A stretch of 64,000 bases of DNA, from contig CBDANC010000013.1 in assembly GCA_965197425.1 (NCBI GenBank), positions 32,001-96,000 of the forward strand, in the 5' to 3' direction. The translations under genes and the position numbers were made by a program. Shown here piece after piece: positions 40,802 through 50,827 of the stretch (positions are counted from its first letter, which is position 1; each line of letters begins with the position of its first letter). Below the pieces are notes generated by a model. That model was not told the origin of the DNA and searched no databases. It was given only the letters and a program-made list of their open reading frames with translations. The stretch comes from Bdellovibrionales bacterium. Lineage in GTDB: Bacteria; Bdellovibrionota; Bdellovibrionia; Bdellovibrionales; JAUICD01.

Positions 40802-41731
40802 ATGAAAGCCAAAACTATTTATACATTCAAAGCATTAGTAGGAGCATTGTTGCTATATTGGCTTCTTTCCAGCGGGAGATTTGATATAAGTGTAATGAAG
40901 AAGCTATCCAATCCAATGGGTTTAACTTTTTTAATAATGATTTATCTTTTGATTTTGATAAACAATAATACAAGATGGTTCTTGATACTAAAATGTTATA
41001 ACTCAAAAGTTACTTGGCTTCAGTGCTTTAAACTTACATTCATCGGTTTGTTTTTCAATTTTTTTGTACCAGCCGGGAGTCTTGGCGGTGATGTGGTCAA
41101 AGGATATTATTTAGCTAAGGGCAGTAACAACAAAACAAACCTGGTTGCCAGTGTACTTTTAGATAGATACTTTGGTTTTTGCTCTATGTTGTTTGTCAGT
41201 TTAACTGTATTTTTGATAAACTTTAATACATTTTCAAATGCCCTTGGTGTTGTAGTTTTAGTGTCTATATTCTTCTTACTAGCCTTATCATTTTTTTTAG
41301 TAGTAAGGAATTCTAGATCAATAAAATTACACAATTTTATTTTAACAAAGTTTAAAAAGCTAACTTGGCTTACTACTTTCCATAATTCTTTTTCTACAGT
41401 GTTAAAAAATAATGGTTTAGTGATTTTATCGTTTTTTATAAGCGTGGGATCTCTTATGTTATATGTTTTATTTTTTGCATTATCAGGAAAAATTATAGGA
41501 TATGACGAGAATTTTTTAGTATATTTGTACGCAGTACCATTGACCTTAGCAGTTACCTCTATACCCATATCCCCTGGAGGAGTAGGCGTAGGCCAAGTAG
41601 CTTCTCTTGTATTTTTCAGCATTACATCAGATGATCCAAATCTAGGACCTGCCAGCATATCAACCTATCAAGCAATAGGGATCTTGCTTAGTTTGGTTGG
41701 GCTTATAAGTTATATAAAATTAAAAGATTGA
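40802..41731 (+). CDS. lysylphosphatidylglycerol-synthase-TM / flippase-like membrane protein
   Basis: RW, FFNFFVPAGSLGGDVVK, LDR, PISPGGVG. Confidence 0.82.
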   Translation: MKAKTIYTFKALVGALLLYWLLSSGRFDISVMKKLSNPMGLTFLIMIYLLILINNNTRWFLILKCYNSKVTWLQCFKLTFIGLFFNFFVPAGSLGGDVVKGYYLAKGSNNKTNLVASVLLDRYFGFCSMLFVSLTVFLINFNTFSNALGVVVLVSIFFLLALSFFLVVRNSRSIKLHNFILTKFKKLTWLTTFHNSFSTVLKNNGLVILSFFISVGSLMLYVLFFALSGKIIGYDENFLVYLYAVPLTLAVTSIPISPGGVGVGQVASLVFFSITSDDPNLGPASISTYQAIGILLSLVGLISYIKLKD

Positions 41732-41759
41732 TAGATATATAATACCAAGCTAAAAGATA

Positions 41760-43106
41760 GTGATGGCTATTGATAAGCACAAAATTTTATTGGGTAGTAT
41801 TAAGAAACTTTTAAATCGTTCTGCTCACATGAATATCAAAAAGCTCTTAGATAAAACTCACTCTGCTGATATTGCAGATATACTGGAATCTCTAGATTGG
41901 CCTAGCCAAAAAATTGTATTTCATTTGGTTTCAAGTAATGAAGCTAAGTCTGAGATAATCAGCCATCTTAATAAGACAATGCAGGCCACTATCGTAAATA
42001 GCATTCCTGATAATGAGCTTGTTGATATCTTGTCTCATATGGACTCAGATGACCTAGCAGATTTAGTAGGTGGTTTGGATGATGATTTATCTGAAAAGAT
42101 CATGCTTTCATTAAAAAAACCTGACAAAGAAAAAGTTGAGGATCTTCTGCAGCATGAAGAAGATTCTGCAGGCGGGATAATGACTACTGAGCTTTTGAAA
42201 CTAGATGAAAATCTAACTGTAAGTCAAGCCATCGATATCTTGCAAACTGCTGTTGATAATGCAGAAGCTACTTTTTATGCATATGTAGTAAATGCTGACT
42301 CTAAGTTAGTTGGAGTGGTTAGCCTCAAGCAAATTCTACTGTCTAAACCATTTGAGCATATAAAAAACATAATGATAAAGGAGACGATATATGTTGATGT
42401 ATCTACCTCCCAAAAAGACGTGGCCAGGATTGTAGAAAAGTATGACTTTTTGTCTGTCCCAGTAGTTGGAGATGGCAATGTACTGTTAGGAGCTATTACG
42501 GTTGATGATGTTATTGATGTTATTAGAGAAGAAAACAAGGATGAAATACTTGCTATGGGTCAAACCAGCTCCTCTGACACAGAAACTTTTAAAGGACAGA
42601 TGCTTTCTCGTTATCCATGGCTGATGATTTCATTTTTTGGTGGGTTAGTTGCATCTTATTTGGTGTGGAGTTTTCTAGGATTTGAGCTGTCTATCGAAAA
42701 AGTTTTTGTTTCCTCAATTCCTCTAGTATTAACACTTGGCTTAACAGTAAGTAACCAGACTGTAACTATTGCAGTACAACATTTTAGGAGCAGTAAATTT
42801 AGCGGGCTTATAAAATATACTGGCAATGAGATTTTATTATCACTACTGGCCTCCTTTTTGTTTTCTGTAATTATTTACTTATTGTTTCGTTTTTTTGGTG
42901 TAACTCAGTTTAACTTTTTTATGGTGGTTGCTGTAAGTATTGGAGTACAGCTCTTTTTATCTTCCTTCATGGGTGTTTTAGTTCCATGGATTCTAAGAAG
43001 ACTTCAGCTTGACCCAGCGGTAGGAAGTCTTTCGATTGTAATTGTCTTAAGCCATGTTTTAGAAATTGTTTTTATGATTAAAACCCTGCATTATTTTGAA
43101 ATATAA
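41760..43106 (+). CDS. mgtE: magnesium transporter MgtE
   Basis: HSADIA, EDSAGGIMTT, CBS pair, RYPWL, DPA. Confidence 0.9.
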   Translation: MMAIDKHKILLGSIKKLLNRSAHMNIKKLLDKTHSADIADILESLDWPSQKIVFHLVSSNEAKSEIISHLNKTMQATIVNSIPDNELVDILSHMDSDDLADLVGGLDDDLSEKIMLSLKKPDKEKVEDLLQHEEDSAGGIMTTELLKLDENLTVSQAIDILQTAVDNAEATFYAYVVNADSKLVGVVSLKQILLSKPFEHIKNIMIKETIYVDVSTSQKDVARIVEKYDFLSVPVVGDGNVLLGAITVDDVIDVIREENKDEILAMGQTSSSDTETFKGQMLSRYPWLMISFFGGLVASYLVWSFLGFELSIEKVFVSSIPLVLTLGLTVSNQTVTIAVQHFRSSKFSGLIKYTGNEILLSLLASFLFSVIIYLLFRFFGVTQFNFFMVVAVSIGVQLFLSSFMGVLVPWILRRLQLDPAVGSLSIVIVLSHVLEIVFMIKTLHYFEI

Positions 43107-43156
43107 TGGAATAGTTTAAAATATATGGAGTAACTTACAAATATAATAGGTGTTTT

Positions 43157-43738
43157 TTGCTTAAAAAAAAGAGGGTTATAGTACTAGATAAAGTTCGTTA
43201 CGGTGATGCTGATATAATAATCACCACTTTAGATAAGCACGGAGGAAAACTTTGCTTTTTTGCACCTAGTGCTCTTAAGAGTAGAAAAAGGTTTGCAGGT
43301 GGAGTGTTGGATCCCGCCAACTTCATTGAGGTTCTCTATTCAAAAAAAATGGACGGTAATTTAAATCGCTTAAAAGAGGCTTTTTTATTAAACTCATTTG
43401 ATAAGATAAGAGCCAGCTTTGACAAAATGAACTTCGCCCTTAAGATGCTTAAGCTCACAAAAGTCTATGCACAAGAAGGTGTGGTGGACAGCTCTAGTCT
43501 ATTTGATTTATTAGGTAATAGTCTTGCTACATTAGAAAAATGCGATAATTTGGAACTTTTTAAAGTTATGTTCGAGGTAAAGTTTTGGAGTATTCAAGGG
43601 TTACTACCCTCTGTTAGAGAGTTTCACAATATTTTGGAAGTTCCTATGGTAAATTATAAATCCCTGTCACTTGATAACAATAAGTTGGCAAAGACAAATA
43701 TGTTGTTAGAGTCTGTAAGAGAAAAAAATATTCTGTAA
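43157..43738 (+). CDS. recO: DNA repair protein RecO
   Basis: YGDADIIITTL, ALKSRKRFAG. Confidence 0.8.
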   Translation: MLKKKRVIVLDKVRYGDADIIITTLDKHGGKLCFFAPSALKSRKRFAGGVLDPANFIEVLYSKKMDGNLNRLKEAFLLNSFDKIRASFDKMNFALKMLKLTKVYAQEGVVDSSSLFDLLGNSLATLEKCDNLELFKVMFEVKFWSIQGLLPSVREFHNILEVPMVNYKSLSLDNNKLAKTNMLLESVREKNIL

Positions 43739-43742
43739 CTTC

Positions 43743-44113
43743 AAGGTCTTCCGAACGAGGCAAAAATAAGGAGGCTATGCCTACTTATTTTGCCGAGTGG
43801 TTGCCCAGCTATACACTTGTCATCAAACTCATCTTAAAAGGTCTTCAAATGAGTTCAATAAGGTGAGCTTGCTTGCCTTTTGAACTCATTGTTGCCCAGC
43901 TCTGGAACAAGATGCTGATTCCATTCCATAAGGCCTTCCAAACGAGGCCAATAAAGTGAACTTGTTTGCTTTTTGGCCAAGTGGTTGTCCAGCTCTGTAA
44001 CACGATGCTGATCTCGTTACTCAAGGTCTTCCGAACGAGGCAAAAATAAGGAGGCTATGCCTACTTATTTTGCCGAGTGGTTGCCCAGCTCTGGACACAA
44101 TGCTGATCGTGTT
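43743..44113 (+). repeat. tandem array of four family 2 units with different internal hairpins
   Basis: AAGG(T/C)CTTC starts at 43743, 43838, 43930, 44023; each unit followed by GTTG(C/T)CCAGCT. Confidence 0.93.
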
Positions 44114-44974
44114 CTAGGTTCCTGGAGCAGACTTTGCTTTCGATAATACACAATCTGGTTTATATCCCCATTTCCATATTCTAACTACAGGGTCACTTAG
44201 CACAGATTCTAGACAAGATTTAGATTCTATAATATTTGATCTACTTAGTAATTTGTCTTCAGTAACAAAGTAAGACCACAATACACTACCTAGCCTTGTA
44301 TTTAAAAGCATCTTGCCTTCCACATTACTTAAAAGGTGAATGCCCAAAAGATCTCCATCAGGGATTGTTATTGTTCCTTTTAAATCAATTTCTGAACATA
44401 TTTCATCTAATTCACACTCGTAGATAGAAACAAGTTTAGATCTAAGCTGAGTGGTATAACTAATTCCCCTGCCATCTTTCCATGTGTAAGAAAGTTCCCA
44501 AATATCCCCTACTCCAACCTTTTCTGTTGGCAAGGCCAAAATAGGCATATAGATCAAGTCATCTTTGGCATATACATGATCTGCGTTATCCAGTTTTTTG
44601 GCATCAAGTACTTCTGCCTTTTTATTGATTGTAAGTTTGATTGAATTGTCTAACCCTGGAAAAGCCATATTTTCTAGAGTTATATCGCCTCTTTTCTCGA
44701 TTGTTTTCATCAAATAGGTTATTTTTTCTTTGTCCTTTTTTAAATCATACCTAATTTTAAAATCTGAGTTGTCCATTTCCTCTTTTCTTAAAACATTACC
44801 ATCATATACTTTTGTATGAGATTTATAATTGTAATCCACAAGCTCCACTCTTTTTCTAGGAACATCATAGATCATCGAGATTTGCCTATTATCCAGACTG
44901 ACAAGTCTATTTTTATCCACAGTGGTACAGGAGATTAACAGCAGAGCTAAAAAAATTTGAAATACATAAATCAT
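44114..44974 (-). CDS. hypothetical lipoprotein
   Basis: 286-aa ORF with LLISC lipobox. Confidence 0.7.
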   Translation of the reverse strand: MIYVFQIFLALLLISCTTVDKNRLVSLDNRQISMIYDVPRKRVELVDYNYKSHTKVYDGNVLRKEEMDNSDFKIRYDLKKDKEKITYLMKTIEKRGDITLENMAFPGLDNSIKLTINKKAEVLDAKKLDNADHVYAKDDLIYMPILALPTEKVGVGDIWELSYTWKDGRGISYTTQLRSKLVSIYECELDEICSEIDLKGTITIPDGDLLGIHLLSNVEGKMLLNTRLGSVLWSYFVTEDKLLSRSNIIESKSCLESVLSDPVVRIWKWGYKPDCVLSKAKSAPGT

Positions 44975-45242
44975 AAATTAGGATCCTTAACGACACTTAA
45001 TATGATAATTAATCTTACCTTGAGTTTGACACAATTTCTATCTTGTTTACCTAGAGTAAATACCATATTTTTAAACTCTACACTTAGGTCTTATTGCTTA
45101 AAATAGCATAGTATATAAAACAACTTAGGAACACATTGGGTAAAATCAGTAGTTTATTTGCTGCAATGTATTAACAAAATAGTCTTGATAAGTTAATAAG
45201 ACATCTATCACAATTAACGAAGGCAAGATTAGGGGGAGTAAA

Positions 45243-45563
45243 TTGGAAAGTTCTATACCACCTGAAAGATTCGAAGAAATAGAGTGTATCTTAGTTCAAT
45301 CTACTAAAGGAATACACCTACTGTTTGATAAAGATACATTAAGAAGTAAACTCCAAGACCCACAAAAGGCAGAACACTATTTAACCAAGGAAAATATTCA
45401 AAAGGTACAAGGTATTATTATAGAAATGATACAACAACCAACACTAGAGAAGAAAAAGTATTATCTATCTACTCTTGAAGAAGATTCCTATGATTTGTTT
45501 GTCAGAACTTATTTTAACATAGTAGAAAACACTGTGTTAGAATCCACAAGCTGCTTCCACTAA
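45243..45563 (+). CDS. hypothetical protein
   Basis: 106-aa ORF after a GGGGGAG RBS. Confidence 0.65.
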   Translation: MESSIPPERFEEIECILVQSTKGIHLLFDKDTLRSKLQDPQKAEHYLTKENIQKVQGIIIEMIQQPTLEKKKYYLSTLEEDSYDLFVRTYFNIVENTVLESTSCFH

Positions 45564-45591
45564 AGGTCCATTAGGATTGCCCGACTGCTTG

Positions 45592-46740
45592 TTACACGAA
45601 TTGCTTGTTTTTGATTTTTTCTAAAATAATTTTTTCAGGCATGATTGGATCTTTTGGATCAACCATAAACAGTGCTTGTTGCTCACACCTTCTCTTATTC
45701 TTCAAAAGCCATTTTAAGATATTAGTTAATTTTTTATTTTTTTTATCAATAAAAAATGGGTCATTTTTCATGGCATCTCTTGCTTTTTTTAAAGCCCTCA
45801 CTTCTGATAGATCTTTTTCTTTTACTTGGTAATCATGTAAATCATAATTTTTAACATCCTCAGGTAACAGACCTAAGAAATGTACTTTAGGGGCAGAAAA
45901 ATCCTTATTTCTTATCAATGAAGCAGCAGATCCTGCCTTAAGAGTTCTATATATATTTTGCAGTGTGTATGCATCTAAATCTCCAAAAAAATACATTGGA
46001 ATCTTTAACTGATCCTGGATTAATTTACACCATCCTCTCACTGCGTTACTGGGTACACCTTGAGCCCCCATCAATATGCACTTATTACGTTTAGTAAAGC
46101 CGTTACTTACCAGGGTATTCGCAGTACCCTCTGATTCTACTATTAAAGCAAAATCTATTTTACCTTTAGTGGATAACTTTAAGCTCTGTGGTCTGTTTTT
46201 GGGTTGAAATGGGCTAGTGCCCAGTGTGCTTAGATCAATTTTTGCCTTTGCGCCATCTGACAGAGTCTCAGTTACAACTAGTTGTTTGGAAAAAGTCTGA
46301 CCACCTCTGTCATTAGCAAAGCAATTCATCTCTTCCCTATAAACCTCAAGCATCTCAGTTATAAAATCCACAGTTGAATCACTTTCACTTTGTTCCTGGA
46401 AATCCAATGGTCGTAATTTAGGATTATTTTTCACTTCACCCTTAGAAATATAGTAAAGCTCCCTCTTTGTGTTAATTGCACCTGTTTGAATATTTCTAAT
46501 TAGGATCTCTAGCATAAAAATAGCTCTTGAAATTTTTTGAACAGAGGCTACATTTAATTCACTTCTAACTTTTTTACCAGCAGGTGTAAGATACCCAAGC
46601 CTAGTATCATATATTGAGTTGTCTAAAGAACACTTAGTGGCCTCAAGCACTGGTCTTCTTGCCTGTTCCAAGTCCTTTAACAGAGTTTCACAAATTTTCT
46701 TGGAGTAACCTATTATGTCCAAGCCCTGTTTATTCGCCAT
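45592..46740 (-). CDS. top6A: DNA topoisomerase VI subunit A (Spo11-like)
   Basis: TKRELYY catalytic-Tyr motif; TOPRIM LIVESEG, GxP, GDLD. Confidence 0.88.
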   Translation of the reverse strand: MANKQGLDIIGYSKKICETLLKDLEQARRPVLEATKCSLDNSIYDTRLGYLTPAGKKVRSELNVASVQKISRAIFMLEILIRNIQTGAINTKRELYYISKGEVKNNPKLRPLDFQEQSESDSTVDFITEMLEVYREEMNCFANDRGGQTFSKQLVVTETLSDGAKAKIDLSTLGTSPFQPKNRPQSLKLSTKGKIDFALIVESEGTANTLVSNGFTKRNKCILMGAQGVPSNAVRGWCKLIQDQLKIPMYFFGDLDAYTLQNIYRTLKAGSAASLIRNKDFSAPKVHFLGLLPEDVKNYDLHDYQVKEKDLSEVRALKKARDAMKNDPFFIDKKNKKLTNILKWLLKNKRRCEQQALFMVDPKDPIMPEKIILEKIKNKQFV

Positions 46741-48355
46741 GCTTTGCCTTTAGATCTGATAATTTATTTCTAGCATCCATTAATATCTTTTCAGCAGACT
46801 TGGTATCCTTCGATAGAAGTTTTAAAAGTCCTGCCTCCGCTTTGGCATGTCTGGCTTTAGGTGCTTTTAGTATTCTCACAAGCCCATCTACCAATATAGG
46901 ACCAAACTGTTCGATATGCTTTACTTTTTTCTCCAACTCGTGAGCCTTAATCTCGGCTCTTATATGACGAGATAACTTTTGTCCTGTCTGCATCAACGCT
47001 CTTCTTATTTCTTCCACTAGCTCTTCACTTGCGTCTATTGTCTCTTTTGAGGCATTTTTAAATTTTATAAATGGCGACACAACACTTATAGCGAACACAT
47101 AAGGTCCACATGGTACGGAGTTTTTAGATTGTGTTAAGCCATAGGCTTTCCAGTTTACTGACTCAATAGCTTTTGTTATGGCACATGATGCCTTATCAAA
47201 CTGTAGCGGTACTCTGTTCGCAAATCTCAATACTTGTACTGTGCTTTCTTGTCCTTGTCCTTCACCTTCATTCACTTTGTTTTTAAACCTGGATATTGCA
47301 ACTTCGATGGCAACAGGTTTGTGGTCACATACCTTTGGTTTTCTGGTCACGACACTAAAAAAATCTATCTCTCCCAATCTCTGAATACTTTTAGACAAAG
47401 CTTTCTCGCCGATGGTAAGCACAGATTTAGTAGATGGTGCTAATAAATCCGTATTTTGAAAAACTCTATAAACTTTTTTTATTTCCTCTTCTGATAAAAA
47501 TTGTTTTTCTAAAATCTTTTTAGAAAGGCCATTTTTTACCATTTCAGCTATAACATTGTCTGTCACTCTAGAAAAACCCTGCTTTAGCCAAAGTTTTAGT
47601 TTAATTTTTCCAACAATCTGGCGGTAAGCAATAAACTCACCAAGTTTCATAGTGTGAGGATGAGGTAGAGTAGCCGATGGTATCTCCGGTACAATATCAG
47701 AAACTCTGTCTATTGCTACTTCCTCATTGTCTAAAATTTTATATCTTATAGAAGCATGCGGGTTCACTAAAGCTGTTCCCTCTATATAGGTTTTTAAACC
47801 TCCATCTCCATTTAACCTAACCCTTCCGTCTATTTGAAACTGTACATTTATCCCAGTTTGTTTGTGATCTTTAGTTGTCTTGTCTCTAACCGTTCCTTTA
47901 TTATTTTTTATGTCTACATCTACTCTCATTACTACAGCTTTTTTCATTCTAGTGGTTTTGCTCACAACCATAGCCCCTTTAGCATTGGTCAATTGAGCCC
48001 ATGTCGTTGCAGCAGATATACCTATCCCCTGCTGTCCTCTAGAACACTGTCCTTTCCCAAATTTTGAAGAAGCTAGGTATTGACCAAATACCTTTACAAC
48101 ATCCTCTGCCTCAAGACCAGGACCGTTATCTGATATCTTTATCAAAAGAACATCTGCACTTTTACCAAAACCCTTTTTTACAAGCTCAATTTCAATATCT
48201 ATGTTAGGCAAAATTCCAGCTTCTTCACAAGCATCCAAGGAATTATCCACAGCTTCCTTCAAGGTAGTCAGAACTGCCTTTGTAGGAGAGGAAAACCCAA
48301 CCTGTTGCAGGTTTTTTGCAAAATACTCAGCTGTGCTACTTGATACTATCTTCAT
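46730..48355 (-). CDS. top6B: DNA topoisomerase VI subunit B
   Basis: KEAVDNSLDACE, DNGPG, SSKF, SRGQQGIGIS, RFANRVPL, SKETI. Confidence 0.92.
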   Translation of the reverse strand: MKIVSSSTAEYFAKNLQQVGFSSPTKAVLTTLKEAVDNSLDACEEAGILPNIDIEIELVKKGFGKSADVLLIKISDNGPGLEAEDVVKVFGQYLASSKFGKGQCSRGQQGIGISAATTWAQLTNAKGAMVVSKTTRMKKAVVMRVDVDIKNNKGTVRDKTTKDHKQTGINVQFQIDGRVRLNGDGGLKTYIEGTALVNPHASIRYKILDNEEVAIDRVSDIVPEIPSATLPHPHTMKLGEFIAYRQIVGKIKLKLWLKQGFSRVTDNVIAEMVKNGLSKKILEKQFLSEEEIKKVYRVFQNTDLLAPSTKSVLTIGEKALSKSIQRLGEIDFFSVVTRKPKVCDHKPVAIEVAISRFKNKVNEGEGQGQESTVQVLRFANRVPLQFDKASCAITKAIESVNWKAYGLTQSKNSVPCGPYVFAISVVSPFIKFKNASKETIDASEELVEEIRRALMQTGQKLSRHIRAEIKAHELEKKVKHIEQFGPILVDGLVRILKAPKARHAKAEAGLLKLLSKDTKSAEKILMDARNKLSDLKAKHGE

Positions 48356-48474
48356 AGTTTTACAATACTTTGTTTTTTTACTTGTTACTATAATTAGATA
48401 CTATCTATGTAGCAACACTAGACCAGAGAAAAGTTCATTTATGGCAATCTAAAGTGGGATAAAAGTCTCGAATT

Positions 48475-48753
48475 TTAAGAATCTACCAAATCAATAATAA
48501 TTTCTGCCATAGTTCTAGTACCTTTGAGGGTGTTACATTTCTTGCAAGATAAAACTACATTGGACTTTGTACTCTTACCACCTCTTGCAATGGGAACCTT
48601 ATGATCCATGGTTAAATCTTTTCTTTCAAATTTTAAACCACAGTAATAGCAAATGTTTTCTTTGACCTTCCACCAATTAGACTGCCTAAGTGCCTTTGCC
48701 TTTAGACGCTCTTTGGTAATGTGGGCTTTGTCCATCTGCTGATAATAACTCAC
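48475..48753 (-). CDS. small HNH endonuclease
   Basis: CYYCG...MDHKVPIARGG...NVVLSCKKCN. Confidence 0.88.
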   Translation of the reverse strand: MSYYQQMDKAHITKERLKAKALRQSNWWKVKENICYYCGLKFERKDLTMDHKVPIARGGKSTKSNVVLSCKKCNTLKGTRTMAEIIIDLVDS

Positions 48754-48819
48754 AGCCGTTATTTAAATTATAATATGCATCTTGTCAAAATATAAAGTTA
48801 TATGCTAAAAGTCGTTCTT

Positions 48820-49110
48820 ATGACCACGGAAGAAATAAAAAAAAAGATATTAAACAATTTTGTGGTTACACCACCCGCAGTGGTTACACCACTCGTAGTG
48901 GATACTCCACTCGTAGTGGATACTCCACCAGTAGAAGATATTGCATTAGAGGTAATAGATCAAACAGGAATGGGTAACAACTTTATGATAGTTTTTAGCA
49001 ACTACAAATTAAATAAATCCAGATTAGAGACACATAGAGAAATTATGAAAATCTTTGCAGATGAATTAAAAAGTGGAGAAATCCACGCGTTATCAATTAA
49101 TATGAGGTAG
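48820..49110 (+). CDS. BolA/IbaG family protein with an in-frame hairpin-repeat insertion
   Basis: SRLETHR, EIHALSI; adjacent to grxD. Confidence 0.8.
   Translation: MTTEEIKKKILNNFVVTPPAVVTPLVVDTPLVVDTPPVEDIALEVIDQTGMGNNFMIVFSNYKLNKSRLETHREIMKIFADELKSGEIHALSINMR
48862..48933. repeat. 4 x 18-bp hairpin repeat (family 1) inside bolA
   Basis: gtggt-tac-accac x2 then gtgga-tac-tccac x2 at 48862, 48880, 48898, 48916. Confidence 0.92.
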
Positions 49111-49177
49111 AATAGAAAATGAGTTTGATGACATGTGTAGTGGTAGGGTATTGGCTGTGAGGTCCACCGGGAAGGAG

Positions 49178-49336
49178 CCACTTGGCCAAAAAACCGACCG
49201 CAGGGAGGTTATTTCAATTGGAAAAACTGACTGCAAAGGAGGTTCATCCAATTGGACAATATAAAGGTTTATCCCGTAAGCCAATTGAATCAAAGTGAAC
49301 AAGTCCACTTGTTTTGACTTCGTTCGGAAGACCTTT
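49178..49336 (-). repeat. family 2 element with duplicated X module, reverse orientation
   Basis: Near-identical to the reverse complement of 28220-28380; ends gaagaccttt just before the grxD RBS. Confidence 0.9.
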
Positions 49337-49346
49337 AGGAGAAAGT

Positions 49347-49664
49347 ATGGACAAAAATATTAAGAAAAAAATAGATGGTATATTAAGCTCTAACAAAATA
49401 GTTTTATTTATGAAAGGCTCTCAAATATTTCCTCAGTGTGGGTTTTCTGCAAAAGCTGTTGGAATTCTAAACGAATTAAAAGCCTCATTTAAAAGTATAG
49501 ATGTTCTAGAGGACCTACAAATAAGAGACGGAATTAAAGAGTATGGCAATTGGCCCACCATCCCACAGCTATATGTAAATAAAGAGCTTATAGGTGGAAG
49601 TGATATAATGATTGAAATGTATGAGTCAGGTGAACTCAAAAGCTTTCTAGACAAGGCTATATAA
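49347..49664 (+). CDS. grxD: monothiol glutaredoxin Grx4
   Basis: LFMKG, PQCGFS, WPTIPQLY, GGSDI. Confidence 0.95.
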   Translation: MDKNIKKKIDGILSSNKIVLFMKGSQIFPQCGFSAKAVGILNELKASFKSIDVLEDLQIRDGIKEYGNWPTIPQLYVNKELIGGSDIMIEMYESGELKSFLDKAI

Positions 49665-49670
49665 AATATA

Positions 49671-50114
49671 ATGAAACTGAAAATCAAAAAATTACCTCAC
49701 TTTAAAGGCGAGCTTCCTAGGTATCAAAGCTTATTATCAAGTGGTTTTGATATAAGAGCTCAGCTGGGAGATTCTACTATTAACCTGGCTTTTCAAAAAA
49801 GAGCCTTGGTGCCCACAGGTCTTTGCTTCGAGATACCAGAAGGCTTTGAAATTCAAATTAGACCCAGAAGTGGGTTGGCTATAAAAAATGGAGTAACAAC
49901 TTTAAATTCTCCAGGCACAATAGATGCGGATTACAGAGGAGAGGTTAGGGTCATTTTGATAAACTTAGGAGAAGAAGTTTTTAAAATTTGTGATGGGGAC
50001 AGAATTGCTCAGGCCGTGTTATGCCCCGTGATACAGGCTAGTTTTGAGTTGGTAGATAAGCTTGGTGAATCAAAAAGAGGCTCCGGTGGTTTTGGCTCCA
50101 CTGGAATGTCTTAA
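49671..50114 (+). CDS. dut: dUTP diphosphatase
   Basis: [31 protein letters not shown]. Confidence 0.96.
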   Translation: MKLKIKKLPHFKGELPRYQSLLSSGFDIRAQLGDSTINLAFQKRALVPTGLCFEIPEGFEIQIRPRSGLAIKNGVTTLNSPGTIDADYRGEVRVILINLGEEVFKICDGDRIAQAVLCPVIQASFELVDKLGESKRGSGGFGSTGMS

Positions 50115-50240
50115 CTGTCATAAAAACTGTTTTTAATTTAGAAAAAAAGTAACCCTTAAAAGGCAAATTTTAGATACTTTAAACTACAACACCCCAATTA
50201 ACTTTACAAAAATAGAAAAAAGTTTTAATATTAAATAGTT

Positions 50241-50570
50241 ATGATAAATATTTCAGAGTCTGCAGCAAAACAAATTTCATTTCTAAAATCACAAGAAAGT
50301 GTAAAAGAAGACTCATGTCTCAGAGTGTCTGTAGTGGGCGGTGGGTGTTCTGGGATGTCCTACAAAATGAAATTTGATGACAAAGTAGATGAAAGTAACG
50401 ATAAAGTTTTCTCCGGTAACAATGTACAACTTGTTATAGATAAAAAAAGCTACCTATACCTTGCAGGTACCACACTAGAATTTGACGGCGGGCTAAATGG
50501 ACAGGGTTTTGGATTCAAAAATCCAAATGCATCTTCCACTTGTGGATGTGGTGCTTCTTTTTCAGTATAA
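50241..50570 (+). CDS. A-type Fe-S cluster carrier (IscA/ErpA, HesB family)
   Basis: GGGCSGMSY and NPNASSTCGCGASF. Confidence 0.93.
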   Translation: MINISESAAKQISFLKSQESVKEDSCLRVSVVGGGCSGMSYKMKFDDKVDESNDKVFSGNNVQLVIDKKSYLYLAGTTLEFDGGLNGQGFGFKNPNASSTCGCGASFSV

Positions 50571-50574
50571 GTAT

Positions 50575-50669
50575 AAAGGTCTTCGATGAAACTAACAAGC
50601 TGGATTGGTGAAGTGCAGGGCAAAGCCCAAACGAAACCAGAACAGTTTGTTAGTCTCAGGGTTGCCCAG
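50575..50669 (+). repeat. family 2 branched unit (diverged)
   Basis: aaaggtcttcg...actaacaagctg...gggcaaagccc...cagtttgttagt...gttgcccag. Confidence 0.82.
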
Positions 50670-50827
50670 AGAACAGGCTCCCGTGAGTTATATGTTTTGC
50701 CAAGATTTTATAGGTAGAAATAAAATTTTGTTATTGCGTGTTACTCACAGATCATCCCCTCGCTTGATCAAGCAATCCACAAACCGGTAATCAGGCAATT
50801 AGTCAGTCAGGCAAACAGGGTCAGGTA

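Noticed and set aside
43743..44113. CRISPR array
   Set aside because: The spacers are palindromic, reused (unit 1 equals unit 4) and found at other loci. The repeats are degenerate and no cas genes are in the window.
48475..48753. HNH nuclease as the mobiliser of the repeats
   Set aside because: It is a small stand-alone HNH that is not flanked by any of the repeat families, and nothing in the sequence links it to them.
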